A stretch of DNA of 53,043 nucleotides from Octopus bimaculoides (Eukaryota). The notes under the pieces are model-generated. The model saw only the letters and a list, made by a program, of their open reading frames with translations. It ran no database searches and had not been told where the DNA came from. Position 1 is the stretch's first letter. Every line of letters begins with the position of its first letter. The stretch spans positions 92,396,537-92,449,579 of the forward strand of contig NC_068989.1 in the NCBI RefSeq assembly GCF_001194135.2, written 5' to 3'. This document shows, piece by piece, positions 1-13,920 of the stretch. The translations under genes were made by a program, and so were the position numbers.

Positions 1-34
1 TATATATACATATATATGTATGTATGTATGTATG

Positions 35-67
<33 letters not shown>

Positions 68-68
<1 letters not shown>

Positions 69-205
69 GTCAATCCAAACATGAACAAGCAAGAAAGACG
101 ATTTCACGTTTCAAGCGGAGCTCCTTATCAGAAATATAGAAAAATTCCAAAGAAGGGAAGACGGAGAAAGAAAATCGCCAACGATACACACGCGGTGACA
201 TATTG
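68..205 (-). mobile_element. Short non-coding repeat, probable Penelope-like element terminal-repeat remnant with a degenerate minimal hammerhead motif
   Basis: Minus strand reads ATTT-CTGATAA-G-GAGC-TCC-GCTT-GAAAC-GTG-AAAT. The same architecture occurs at 18768-18806 and 24626-24661. Confidence 0.5.
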
Positions 206-224
206 AAATGTATATATGTATGTA

Positions 225-278
<54 letters not shown>

Positions 279-726
279 TACATACATATATACATNNNNN
301 NNNNNNNNNNNNNNNNNNNNNNNNNNNNNNNNNNNNNNNNNNNNNNNNNNNNNNNNNNNNNNNNNNNNNNNNNNNNNNNNNNNNNNNNNNNNNNNNNNNN
401 NNNNNNNNNNNNNNNNNNNNNNNNNNNNNNNNNNNNNNNNNNNNNNNNNNNNNNNNNNNNNNNNNNNNNNNNNNNNNNNNNNNNNNNNNNNNNNNNNNNN
501 NNNNNNNNNNNNNNNNNNNNNNNNNNNNNNNNNNNNNNNNNNNNNNNNNNNNNNNNNNNNNNNNNNNNNNNNNNNNNNNNNNNNNNNNNNNNNNNNNNNN
601 NNNNNNNNNNNNNNNNNNNNNNNNNNNNNNNNNNNNNNNNNNNNNNNNNNNNNNNNNNNNNNNNNNNNNNNNNNNNNNNNNNNNNNNNNNNNNNNNNNNN
701 NNNNNNNNNNNNNNNNNNNNNNNNNN

Positions 727-769
<43 letters not shown>

Positions 770-1334
770 TACGTGTGTGTGTATGCACGTATGTTTATAT
801 ATGTATGTAGATTTGTGAATATTTGCATGTATACATGTCTGTGTCTGCAAATGCATATCAGTAATCACATAAACTTGCTAGGTATCACACATGTGTATAT
901 ATGCATATATACATATATATATACACACAAACACACACACACACATATATACACATACACTCATATATATATATATACATGCATGCATGCACACACACAT
1001 ACAGATGTTGATGATCACACAGCGTATAGGAAGAAGCTTGTGAGTCAATAACTTTGTTGCACATTATATATTCATTATATGGGTTTGTTTATTTTTGATA
1101 CTTACATATGGAGTGCATACTTAATTAGGACTCTAAGTATAATCCCAAATATGTCTACATACGTACGGTATAAAAACGGTGAGAGTGGTGCTGTGTGGTA
1201 GGTATTTGTAAAGAAAATAGACAAAATCCTCTTATACTAATAGCTATTTAGAAGACTAAATCTTTTTCGATTATACAAACAATTACTTTACTCCTAGTTT
1301 ATATATACACATAGATACACACACACACATTTAT

Positions 1335-1568
<234 letters not shown>

Positions 1569-1922
1569 ATATGTGTACAAATCTACGTATNNNNNNNNNN
1601 TGTGTGTGTGTGTGTGTCTGTGTGTGTCTGTGTGTGTGCTATTCATCTATTTTGCGCGGGATTTATTTCCTTGTGCTTTTTGTTCCTCACCTTTCTGTTT
1701 ATCATAATCTTTTTTATTTCATTTTTGTTTGTTCAATTTTTCAAACTTCATGTTTTGGGTTGGTTTAGGTGGATTAATTTTTTTATTAATAAATCGATTA
1801 TTATTTTACATTTACTATTAAATGTAATATTTCGATATATTATTATTATTTTAACATTACTCTTATTACTATTATCAGTATTATTATTATTATTGTTGCT
1901 CTTCTTGTCATTGTTATTATTA

Positions 1923-2378
1923 TTCACTGAGAGATCAGCACGCGCTGTCAGAAAGAGACTATAGGGTACAAATATACAAAGGTCAATGAACCCATCATAA
2001 CTACCTATTTGATATGGGTACACCAGGCACATGCGTCACAACCGTATATGCGCACCTTGGTGAACTCATAGCAAGATAAGCAGCACATGACATTTTAGCT
2101 GCGTCCCAGTTAGAATTTTCTTGAGGTCGAGAAGACCACCTCGCTCAAAAGGTCACTGAATAAGGTTTGTTTAAAGATGATGTTTCCATTTGTGAATAAT
2201 TTACACTCCTAAAAGTCCCTCTCATTCATGGCTCCTCTCACTACACGTTTTGGTGACCTGACAGGCACATATCATCAAAGACATGCTCAACTGGTTATGG
2301 TCAAGCAAGTGACACGCACATTCCTGGTATTCAGCAGAATGGTAGCTGTAGATCATCTTTTAGACCAAATTATAACAT
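1923..2378 (-). mobile_element. Non-coding interspersed repeat embedded in (TTA)n; inverted homolog of 5061-5595
   Basis: Shares long blocks with the reverse complement of 5061-5595 (GGGTACACCAGGCACATGC, CCCAGTTAGAATTTTCTT, CGCTCAAAAGGTC, GACATGCTCAACTGGTTA). Flanked by TTA-rich tracts on both sides. Confidence 0.8.
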
Positions 2379-2379
2379 G

Positions 2380-2545
<166 letters not shown>

Positions 2546-3407
2546 TTATTATAGTTTCCTTTAATTTCATGAAAAAGAAAATTAAACGTCGTTCATTGAA
2601 ATATTGTGGATACGTGTTGCCTTAGAAGGGACTTACAGATTATTGAAATGCATTTATGTTATGAAAGAAATCTGATATCTACAGCTATGGTTTTGGTTGA
2701 TTGCTTCCCGTGTTCACTGATACACAAAGCCAAGAGAAGGTGTTTGGTGCATCGATAATTGAGAGTGGCACTACTCCATGTTTACCTTGCAGCCGCTTTC
2801 GAGAGACAGGGAAAGACAGAGAAAAAGACATACAGGCAGACGAGTATAGCAGAATAGCGAGAAAAGGAGCAAACAAAAAAAAGAAACGTAAATGCGACTT
2901 TAGTACTTGATTAATGTCGCATGCATCAACCAGGATGAATACAAGTCAGAGTTGAGCTCGGCAGGATTTGAGCTCATAGAGTCGTAAGCAATACCTTCAA
3001 GCAGTTTATCTCCCCTGCTGCCAAATTTAGTAGATAAAAACCAATGAAACTCGAGCAGAATAATCTCAGTATTTCCTCAAAGTACTTATTTTTCTCTGCA
3101 TTATGTGTCATTCAGGGCAAATATTTTCTTGTGTTTCTAGTAATCTCAAGTAAGTTTAAGAATACCACGTTTAAAAGATTCATGACAATGGATTATGAGC
3201 CAAATTCTTGACGGCATTTACTTTTTAAAGAAAAAACAAAGCTTTGTTTGAAGACTTAAGTAGAATAAGTACGTTTGAACACTTAGTGTGACATGCTTCA
3301 CCTGTTAGTCAAAATTACGGAATCTGTTGCGCAAAATTCAAACTTGAAATGTAGTACTTGTGACTCATGATGTCACTTTAAATACTGTCTTGTTGCATAA
3401 TGTGGCC

Positions 3408-3644
3408 CAGTGGTTCTCAATCGGGGTTCATATGACCAATGAGAGGTCCATATACGATTTTGTTGTTAAAGCTTATGGGCAATAAATTGCTTCAAAACAC
3501 AAAATATTTTTAACAATTTTTAAATACAATTCCTAATAAAAATGCAAAAGGATTTTTAAAGAAATGAAATGGTTATGAGGACCCATCCGAATGAAAAAAA
3601 TATCAAAGGTGTCCATAGGCAACAAAAATGTTTGAGAACCACCG
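3408..3644. mobile_element. hAT-superfamily MITE
   Basis: Terminal inverted repeats CAGTGGTTCTCAA ... TTGAGAACCACCG. The 8-bp flanks ATGTGGCC (3400-3407) and ATGCAGCC (3645-3652) match at 6/8, consistent with a decayed hAT target-site duplication. No ORF. Confidence 0.8.
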
Positions 3645-4178
3645 ATGCAGCCTTGTATATCTGTGGTTTCAAATGGGTGTATGATAATTTTGTCTCATAA
3701 ACAATATTCCCATCAACTTTGAAAGGTAACGACCTTGAGGTCCAAGCTTATGTAGCAAAGAGATAGTTGTGTGGGTGAGATAGATGAAGATAATGAAGGA
3801 GTAGAGACAAAGGAAGGAGAGAGAGAGAGAGAGAGAGAAGGAAGATTGCGGCAAATCCGTGTATATGTGTATATTTATGCACCAGGCACATCACACGCAC
3901 ACACACACACACACACACATTAACACACACAAAGTATTATAGTCGTTGAGACATAGAAAGATAGAAAGGTACACACACGCCTACGCGTGCACACATGTAT
4001 AAAAGAACACACACGCACACATACAAAACAGACAGAGGCAACGAGAAAGAGTGACAATCAAGGATATAAAAGCGTGGAGAATGCGCAAATCAGTAAGCAT
4101 ATGCGTATACACACACACACACACACACACACACANNNNNNNNNNNNNNNNNNNNNNNNNNNNNNNNNNNNNNNNNNN

Positions 4179-4215
<37 letters not shown>

Positions 4216-4386
4216 TCAAACACACAAATACAATCGTAATTATCTCTGTGGATATCCTATACCTTAAAGGATATCATATTTCAGGGTCGGCATTAACTAA
4301 TTAATTAAAATTACTTTAATAGGGATTTATGCACAATTCTGTTTCCTCCTCCTTCTAATAATATAGTTAATTACTGTGTTCGTAAT

Positions 4387-4462
<76 letters not shown>
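4387..4462. repeat. (TAG)n microsatellite
   Basis: Directly visible. Confidence 0.97.
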
Positions 4463-4463
<1 letters not shown>

Positions 4464-4544
4464 ATGGTGGCGGTGGTAGTTGTTGTTGCGGTGGTAGTAG
4501 TAATTTGCTATTTTTCTGTTTGCTACATCAATAATGTATAAATA

Positions 4545-4850
4545 AAATATGGATTTGAACAAACGGAAAAATTGTACAATCATAAAACAGAACACATCCT
4601 GGAAAATGGCCGTGTAAAGGAATTCTGGAATATTAAGCATCAAACGGATCGTAAATAGAACATTCATGCCCTGATATTGTTGCACTCAATAAAAAGGAAA
4701 TAGTGTTTTGCTTAAAGAATAATATTGCTTGCACGTTTGACAAAAGAATGGTAGAAAAAGCTATTGTAAGAAGAGAGAAAAATAGCAGGACCTGAAATAC
4801 GAACATCAAAGTATCTTGAAATGCCATAAACTTATCATTATCCGAATTTT
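4545..4850 (+). mobile_element. Decayed R4/Dong-type non-LTR retrotransposon ORF, restriction-like endonuclease region
   Basis: Across frameshifts and stops it reads KYGFEQTEKLYNHKTEHILENGRVKEFWNIKHQTDRK*.../PDIVALNKKE...IACTFDKR.../EK*QDLKYE. This fits the WY.H.P...LEN...W....TDR....PDIV / IIDIACPFD / EKY.DL motifs of R4/Dong. Confidence 0.7.
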
Positions 4851-5060
4851 AAGAGGAACTTTTAGAATATTTGCAAGAAATTTCAATGGCTGATGTTGGA
4901 TATCGCGAAATGATTTCTCTGATTCTAACCAAAGGTTGGCACAGCAAAGAGTGAGAGTGACACGTGATAGCGAGGGTTGTGAGATGCAACTTCATATACA
5001 GCGATCCAGTAGCAGCAGAACCACAACAAAATGCTACGTGAACAATAATAATAATGATAA

Positions 5061-5595
5061 GTGACTCTCATGGCTTCTGATCTTAATTGATTGGAAGTGT
5101 TATCATGTACATTGTTTTGTCTTGGTATAAAAAGATGGGCTACAGCAAATATTCTGCTTAATACCACAGATTTGCTTGTCAGTTATTTGACCTTAACCAG
5201 TTGAGCATGTCCCTTGGTGGCTGACAATATGTGCATCTCTGATCATGAGCAGAAGTAGTGGGGGAGCATCATAGCCATGTGTTGAGAGGAATTCTTTGGG
5301 GTTTGAATAATTCACCTTTGGAAACATGGGTGTTTTGTTCATTATCTTTAAAACAAACCTTATTCAGGGACCTTTTGAGCGGGATGGGCTACTCGACCTG
5401 AAGAAAATTCTAACTGGGCCCCACCTGCGAGGTCATGCACTGTTTATCTTGATATGAGATCACCATGTCGCGCACATATGGTTGTGATGCATGTGCCTGG
5501 TGTACCCTTATCAGACGGGTAGTCATGATGGGTATATTGGGCTTCGTATATTTTACCCCAGTGTCACTTTGATGGCATGCACTGCTCTCTCACTC
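5061..5595 (+). mobile_element. About 535-bp non-coding interspersed repeat ending in an (AAT)n tail
   Basis: Preceded by AATAATAATAATGATAA and followed by (AAT)n(GAT)n at 5596-5690. Second, inverted copy at 1923-2378. No credible ORF. Confidence 0.8.
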
Positions 5596-5627
<32 letters not shown>

Positions 5628-5638
5628 TGATGATGATA

Positions 5639-5691
<53 letters not shown>

Positions 5692-5719
5692 AATTTGCTT
5701 TTTTTCTCAATTATGACTA

Positions 5720-5782
5720 TGTCAAGCAAACTATCCTGGATCATAGATATAGCATGTCCAGTTGACACCAAGTTTAAAAGTA
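5720..5782 (+). mobile_element. Possible tiny R4/Dong endonuclease fragment
   Basis: Translates as WIIDIACPVDTKFK, resembling the IIDIACPxD motif. Very short, so it could be chance. Confidence 0.35.
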
Positions 5783-6368
5783 ATGGGCCCTTCATTCATT
5801 TAAAAAGACTCGCCTACGATTTGCTAGAAATATTGTTGCTGATTCAAGTAATTATCTTATTTGAGAAATATTGCATTTCGAAGAATCTAGCCTAAAAGAA
5901 GTGGGTACAGTAGGGGTACAAAGGAATTCTAAAGCAAAATGGAGTCTTCGGTGGGATTGTTACAATTCCCACATACATATGCACGAACAGAAATATATAG
6001 ACGAACGTAGACACGCTCAGAAAGAAAAAAAAAGAGAGAGAGAAAGACAGAAAAGTGGTGTGCGTGTGCTTGTGTGAGTGCGTGTGCTTGTGTGAGTGCG
6101 TGTTTGTGTTTGTCTGTACATGTGTCTCTGTGAAAATAAGAGAGAGAGAGAGAGATGGGGAGAGAGAGAGAGAGGGGGGAGAGAGAGAGAGAGTAGAAGA
6201 TAAAGGATATAAGCAGAAAAAGTCTTGTACAGCGCAACTTGGTTTACGAATCTATATATAGGAATAGCATTCCAAATGAAATATGAGACAGTGTGCACGN
6301 NNNNNNNNNCAATCTGCAAGTTACAGTGTGCACGTTTATATATATATATATATATATATATATCTATC

Positions 6369-6401
<33 letters not shown>

Positions 6402-7294
6402 GTGTGTGTTTGTGTAATACGTAAAAGTCTATACCATAAATATATGTCCATGTATGTATGCTCTCACACGTAAACAATCTCAAGTGTATATACATGTACA
6501 GATATACAAGAAGGAAACATACATACACACGCGCACGCAGAAACACACACCTATGTTCACACAGGCATATTCACTCCTGCATACATGCATACATAATTAC
6601 AGAAACATACCTACGTAACGACTTGTTCATACACACATATATACATACATGTATACATACGTTATTAATTCTTATGTAGAAAGTACCTCCAGGGTACCTG
6701 CGCAGTAACTATTTGATCAACCTGTAATAATGCATATAAGTTAATTAATTGACTACGCTCCTTACAAAATTGTAATTGCTTACAATTCTGTAAAGCATAT
6801 TTAGCGATTATTTTTGTTCTTCTATTGTACTAGCAATTATACATATGTACAATGTATTTTTTCGGCTATTTTCTAGTCTGAATAAGATGGTTACGGTAGT
6901 GAAAACAATATATATAAAAAAAGAAATAATGTTTCCTAGATTGTTGTGCTTTGGTTGCGGGCAACATCCAATCGAGTTTTGGAAAAGTGGTTTGTTTCCC
7001 CCATTTCTGCATTTATTTATATTTTTATGCCTCTCTAAACTATTTTTATTTATTTCGTTTATTCTAATTATTTATGTATATTTCCTGCATTCTTTATTTT
7101 CTTTACATGTCTTTTTGTCTTCATATTTTTCTGCTTGCTAGTATTGATAATCTTCCACTATGCAACTGTTGTTGCAAAGATGTTCGGAATTTTGTGCCAC
7201 TGTTTGATTTTGTCCGTATTCATGTTTGACTTTTGGGGTAGTTTTTCATTATTATTGTGATATGAAAGAGAAAATGGCAAATGTACTCCACCGT

Positions 7295-7298
<4 letters not shown>

Positions 7299-7385
<87 letters not shown>

Positions 7386-7436
7386 CCCACTGTCTCTCAC
7401 CCTCAATATCTCTCTCTCTCTCTCTCTCTCGCTCTC

Positions 7437-7467
<31 letters not shown>

Positions 7468-7468
7468 G
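7299..7468. repeat. (CT)n microsatellite
   Basis: Directly visible. Confidence 0.97.
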
Positions 7469-8578
7469 TAGGCACACACAGGCGCACACACACTCATATA
7501 TACAATCACACATATATAAATACATGCATAAACATATCCAGGTACGTTCATTTAGACGCGTATAAACACACACACACATATATTTATGTGTGTATGTACT
7601 TGAATTTACATATATAGATGAATATAAATGTATATTATGTATATACGATATATTATATCATATATTACACGTTATATACATACATATATATATATGTGTG
7701 TGTGTGTTTGTGCAAATATATACCTATGTATACATGCATATTACATATTGCAAATTACAAAACTATTACGTGTATATATATGTGTATGTACACACACACA
7801 CATATATATACAAGTACATATGCATATGTATACATATATATATANNNNNNNNNNNNNNNNNNNNNNNNNNNNNNNNNNNNNNNNNNNNNNNNNNNNNNNN
7901 NNNNNNNNNNNNNNNNNNNNNNNNNNNNNNNNNNNNNNNNNNNNNNNNNNNNNNNNNNNNNNNNNNNNNNNNNNNNNNNNNNNNNNNNNNNNNNNNNNNN
8001 NNNNNNNNNNNNNNNNNNNNNNNNNNNNNNNNNNNNNNNNNNNNNNNNNNNNNNNNNNNNNNNNNNNNNNNNNNNNNNNNNNNNNNNNNNNNNNNNNNNN
8101 NNNNNNNNNNNNNNNNNNNNNNNNNNNNNNNNNNNNNNNNNNNNNNNNNNNNNNNNNNNNNNNNNNNNNNNNNNNNNNNNNNNNNNNNNNNNNNNNNNNN
8201 NNNNNNNNNNNNNNNNNNNNNNNNNNNNNNNNNNNNNNNNNNNNNNNNNNNNNNNNNNNNNNNNNNNNNNNNNNNNNNNNNNNNNNNNNNNNNNNNNNNN
8301 NNNNNNNNNNNNNNNNNNNNNNNNNNNNNNNNNNNNNNNNNNNNNNNNNNNNNNNNNNNNNNNNNNNNNNNNNNNNNNNNNNNNNNNNNNNNNNNNNNNN
8401 NNNNNNNNNNNNNNNNNNNNNNNNNNNNNNNNNNNNNNNNNNNNNNNNNNNNNNNNNNNNNNNNNNNNNNNNNNNNNNNNNNNNNNNNNNNNNNNNNNNN
8501 NNNNNNNNNNNNNNNNNNNNNNNNNNNNNNNNNNNNNNNNNNNNNNNNNNNNNNNNNNNNNNNNNNNNNNNNNNNNNN

Positions 8579-8613
<35 letters not shown>

Positions 8614-9925
8614 CACACATATACATATATGTACATATACACATACATGCATACATCCATGCACACATATAATGTATTAGTGCCGAAGCACCAGAAAGAA
8701 AGCTTCCACAGAATTGTAGCGCCCAGTTCCTTAACATATCGTTAAACTCCAATGTATTATTACTTCCTTCCAATAGCCATAGCTGCTATGTTATTGCATA
8801 AAGTTAAAAATTAGCTAAACCAAATGTTTAAGACAGTATACTAAATAGAATAGAAAGGTAATAATTCCGATTATACTTCCAAAATTTGAAAAAATCCCTT
8901 GCAACTGTTTTAATTCCCCGAACGAAGATACTGTTAAGTATATAATAATTATATGATTATTAATTGCAATTAAAAAACTAATTTAGTTTATGATGTGGAA
9001 GTTATTTTGTCACGGAATATTTTGAAATTTAAAATGTAAACCTTTGTCATGGTATAAGTATAGCTTAAGCAAGAGCATTAGCATTGTAAATGTGCTGCAT
9101 AATTAGCGAATTTAAGAATCTTGTTTGAAACGACAGGAGTTTTGGATTGAGTCTAACTGCAGTAGACGGAAAATGTCTGAGAGACCGTTATGTGTGTGTG
9201 TGTATATATGTATGTACAACATAATATTCAGTCTGCTGAGATGATTTGAAAACACAACACCTAATAACCTAACAATATATATATTCTACCACTCTGCTGA
9301 AATTTTCCCTAATACAACGGTTAATTATTGTAATTTGATCTTTAAACTAAATTGAAACAGCTGTAAGAGAAGATGTTGGATTTTTGCTGACAACAAATTA
9401 CATTAATGCTACATCTCCATTTTCTAAATTTTCTTTTGAATATTTATAAACCAAGATTTATATTTAGACCTATTATTTTATGAATATTATTATTCACTAA
9501 AAATACTAAGCAATGGACCAGTAATTCATTGGATATTATAATCCGTCCATGAGGCTATTTTAACCTCTAATAACATATAGTTGAAAAGAGGTTTAGAATC
9601 CATACAAAGCAAAACTTTTTGTTAAAACGTTAAATAAAGTTAGCACAGAAGTACATTTTAGAGAATATTACATAAAATAAGATGAATACTTTCTATAAAA
9701 TATTACAAAGAATTCTGGGATTAGTCGGGAGGAAAAATATTGGCGGGGATTTAACAGTTTGTGCCTATATATAGGTGTGTGTGTGAGTGTTGGTGTGGTT
9801 GTATGTGTTTTTGTATACATAAATAGATACGTATGTATATCATACACATATGGGTGACTACTACGACATCAGTCACTCCCAGGCGTGTGTGACTTGATAA
9901 TTTATCCCATAACTGTAAGGCTGTG

Positions 9926-10136
9926 ACGTGGCAGAAACGTTAACACGCTGAAATGCTTAGCGGTATTTCGCCTGTCTTTACGGTCAGAGTTCAAATTCGG
10001 CCGAGGTCGACTTTGCCTTTCAACCTTTCGGGATCGATAAATTAAGTACGAGTTGCATACTGGGGTCGTTTCAAACAAGTGGCCCCTTCCCCCACCAAAA
10101 AAATTTCGGACTTTGTACCTAGAGTAGAAAAGAACA
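9926..10136 (+). mobile_element. tRNA-derived SINE, family B (central block GTCGACTTTGCCTTTCATCCTTTCGGGGTCGATAAA)
   Basis: A-box-like TGGCAGAAACGTTA and B-box-like GAGTTCAAATTC. The central block recurs at 27662-27975, 45620-45810 and 48625-49020. Confidence 0.8.
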
Positions 10137-11998
10137 GATCACGTGCTAATTGTTTTAAAAACCTGTTTAGTCGCGAGGAGGCAATTAAGTGTACAGTCTT
10201 GCTTTACCTAACCTTTGTTCAGCTAAATATGTAGGATATGATGGTTGGAGGAAGTGATGACAGTGTCGGTTCTGAAATGGTAAGACTAGAATTGATGAAA
10301 ATCAAAGTGGATCGTAGCAGAATTTGAACACAACGCGGAAAATGTATATTGGGACGAATTCTAGTGATTTTGCATATTGACCACCTGATACATTTGTACA
10401 CGTATACACACAACCAGACCCAAACACAACCACACACACATATATACACACGCGCACACACACACATATATAAACATACACATACACATACACACACACA
10501 CATATAACTTTAGACCAGTTGAGATAATTTTGAAAACATCTCCATAAGTGTGTCGTTCAGAAAAGTATTCAGATAAATATTGTCGTTTTAGAACACCATA
10601 GTCAACACAGAGCGTCCTTGTTAATATGGTAGATTAATTTCAAGGACTTTACCTCTCCTCAACACCAGATATCCAGAAAGAAAACTCTGAGCGGACTTGA
10701 AAGCTTTGCATGCTTCTTTAGAAATCAATAAATATATTTCACTTGTGAGGGAGTAAATTGCCATGCCGAAGCAAATATGTGTGCCGTGTGTCTGTGCATG
10801 TGTCTGTTTATGTGTGTCTGAGTATGTCTGTGTGTGCGTTTGTGTTTGTGTGTGTATACATATTTACAAAGATAGATAGATAGGGACATAAACAAACGGT
10901 ACTTTTCGGACAATTATCGTTCCTGTTAGTGTATATACTTTCATTCATGTACAACATAAATGCAAAATACGTACGGTATTTTCAATTCATATATGTGTGC
11001 GTGCGTGTGAATGTGTTTGTCTGTGCGTGTGTGTGAGTGTGTATGAAAAACAAGTTTGTGAGTGTGAACGTGGTGGAGGTGGGGGTGTATTTGTGTCTGT
11101 ACGAGTTTCTCTAAATATAACTAAATTGATTTGTTATCATGCCTCACTTCATTTACCAGATATTACATTATAGTTACTGCATCTCTATGTAATACATTAA
11201 TATCAAACGAGCACATAGACTTTGCATGGAAGGTGAAATTATAAATGTTTACCTATACATATACATATGCGTGTGTGTGTGTGCGTGTGTATGTGTATCT
11301 ATCTTATATATATATATATATATATGCATATATATATATNNNNNNNNNNNNNNNNNNNNNNNNNNNNNNNNNNNNNNNNNNNNNNNNNNNNNNNNNNNNN
11401 NNNNNNNNNNNNNNNNNNNNNNNNNNNNNNNNNNNNNNNNNNNNNNNNNNNNNNNNNNNNNNNNNNNNNNNNNNNNNNNNNNNNNNNNNNNNNNNNNNNN
11501 NNNNNNNNNNNNNNNNNNNNNNNNNNNNNNNNNNNNNNNNNNNNNNNNNNNNNNNNNNNNNNNNNNNNNNNNNNNNNNNNNNNNNNNNNNNNNNNNNNNN
11601 NNNNNNNNNNNNNNNNNNNNNNNNNNNNNNNNNNNNNNNNNNNNNNNNNNNNNNNNNNNNNNNNNNNNNNNNNNNNNNNNNNNNNNNNNNNNNNNNNNNN
11701 NNNNNNNNNNNNNNNNNNNNNNNNNNNNNNNNNNNNNNNNNNNNNNNNNNNNNNNNNNNNNNNNNNNNNNNNNNNNNNNNNNNNNNNNNNNNNNNNNNNN
11801 NNNNNNNNNNNNNNNNNNNNNNNNNNNNNNNNNNNNNNNNNNNNNNNNNNNNNNNNNNNNNNNNNNNNNNNNNNNNNNNNNNNNNNNNNNNNNNNNNNNN
11901 NNNNNNNNNNNNNNNNNNNNNNNNNNNNNNNNNNNNNNNNNNNNNNNNNNNNNNNNNNNNNNNNNNNNNNNNNNNNNNNNNNNNNNNNNNNNNNNNNN

Positions 11999-12032
<34 letters not shown>

Positions 12033-12599
12033 GTGTGTGTGTGTGTGTGTGTGTGTGACTGTCTGTGTATGTTTGAGAATATTTATATTTGCGTGTGTGT
12101 TAGTGTTTATAAACTAGCTAGAAAAATTAACAAAACCGTCGTATATGCATATATATACATACATATATACATACATATATATATATATATCATATATATA
12201 TAGTAGATATATATATATATATACATGTATATATATGCATATATATATAGTTATATACTATTTACAATCATATATGCTACATTTAAAGCGACTAAACCTA
12301 AACAATCGACAGAAAAACGGTGGGCAGATCCACTGGGAATTGAACTCGACATCAGTGCCTACATGTTTATATATGGTTCGGTCCATCTTTTTTCAGTCAC
12401 TTGTTTAGGTTTACTCGCTTTAAATGGAGCATATATTATTGTAAATAATATTTAGTTATTATGAAAAAGGACCCGTGTGTTACTCTTCTCCGTAATTTAC
12501 AACGTTCGGCTTTGTTTACAAATTTATAAATATGTGTGCCTTTTTGTGTGTATGTGTGTGTGTGCGTGTCCTTGTGTGTATGTATGCGTGTATTTTTGT

Positions 12600-12790
12600 T
12601 TGTGTTGTGTCCCCACCGCTTGACACTGGTGTGTTTACGTTCACGACAATTAGCGATTCGGAAAGAAACCAATTGGGTAAGTGCCAGGCTTAAGAAAATA
12701 AAGACTGGGGTTCAATCATTCCACTAAAAGTTTTCAAAGCAGTACCCCAGCATGGCTACAGTCTGAAACACCTAAAAATGTAAAGGATTA
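12600..12790 (+). mobile_element. 3' half of SINE family C
   Basis: Homologous to the reverse complement of 15063-15290 (CTGGTGTGTTTACGT, CCCCAGCATGGC..CAGTC). Confidence 0.7.
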
Positions 12791-12818
12791 TACATGCATA
12801 CATACATATATATATATG

Positions 12819-12874
<56 letters not shown>

Positions 12875-13559
12875 NNNNNNNNNNNNNNNNNNNNNNNNNN
12901 NNNNNNNNNNNNNNNNNNNNNNNNNNNNNNNNNNNNNNNNNNNNNNNNNNNNNNNNNNNNNNNNNNNNNNNNNNNNNNNNNNNNNNNNNNNNNNNNNNNN
13001 NNNNNNNNNNNNNNNNNNNNNNNNNNNNNNNNNNNNNNNNNNNNNNNNNNNNNNNNNNNNNNNNNNNNNNNNNNNNNNNNNNNNNNNNNNNNNNNNNNNN
13101 NNNNNNNNNNNNNNNNNNNNNNNNNNNNNNNNNNNNNNNNNNNNNNNNNNNNNNNNNNNNNNNNNNNNNNNNNNNNNNNNNNNNNNNNNNNNNNNNNNNN
13201 NNNNNNNNNNNNNNNNNNNNNNNNNNNNNNNNNNNNNNNNNNNNNNNNNNNNNNNNNNNNNNNNNNNNNNNNNNNNNNNNNNNNNNNNNNNNNNNNNNNN
13301 NNNNNNNNNNNNNNNNNNNNNNNNNNNNNNNNNNNNNNNNNNNNNNNNNNNNNNNNNNNNNNNNNNNNNNNNNNNNNNNNNNNNNNNNNNNNNNNNNNNN
13401 NNNNNNNNNNNNNNNNNNNNNNNNNNNNNNNNNNNNNNNNNNNNNNNNNNNNNNNNNNNNNNNNNNNNNNNNNNNNNNNNNNNNNNNNNNNNNNNNNNNN
13501 NNNNNNNNNNNNNNNNNNNNNNNNNNNNNNNNNNNNNNNNNNNNNNNNNNNNNNNNNNN

Positions 13560-13920
13560 CATACATACATACATACATACATACATACATACACACATAC
13601 ATGTATACATATAAACATACATACATTCATACATACTTACAAACATACATACATACATACATACATACATACATACATACATACATACATTCATGCATAC
13701 ATACTTACATACATACATTCATGCATACATACATGCACACATACATACAGACATACATATATACATACATTCATGCACAGATACATACAAACATACATAC
13801 ACACATTCATGCATACATTCGTACATTCATACATACATACATACATTCATGCATACATGCATACATACGTGCGTACATACATACATACATACACACATAC
13901 ATACACACACGCATACATAG
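13560..13920. repeat. Degenerate (ACAT)n tetranucleotide array
   Basis: Directly visible. Confidence 0.95.

Noticed and set aside
2685-2910. GC-richer segment with short ORFs on both strands
   Set aside because: There is no recognisable domain or splice context. It is possibly an old repeat but cannot be assigned from the sequence alone.
10223-10279. Plus-strand exon candidate (TTGTTCAG| ... ATG|GTAAGA)
   Set aside because: All three frames contain stops across the segment, the putative branch point is too close to the AG, and no partner exon was found.
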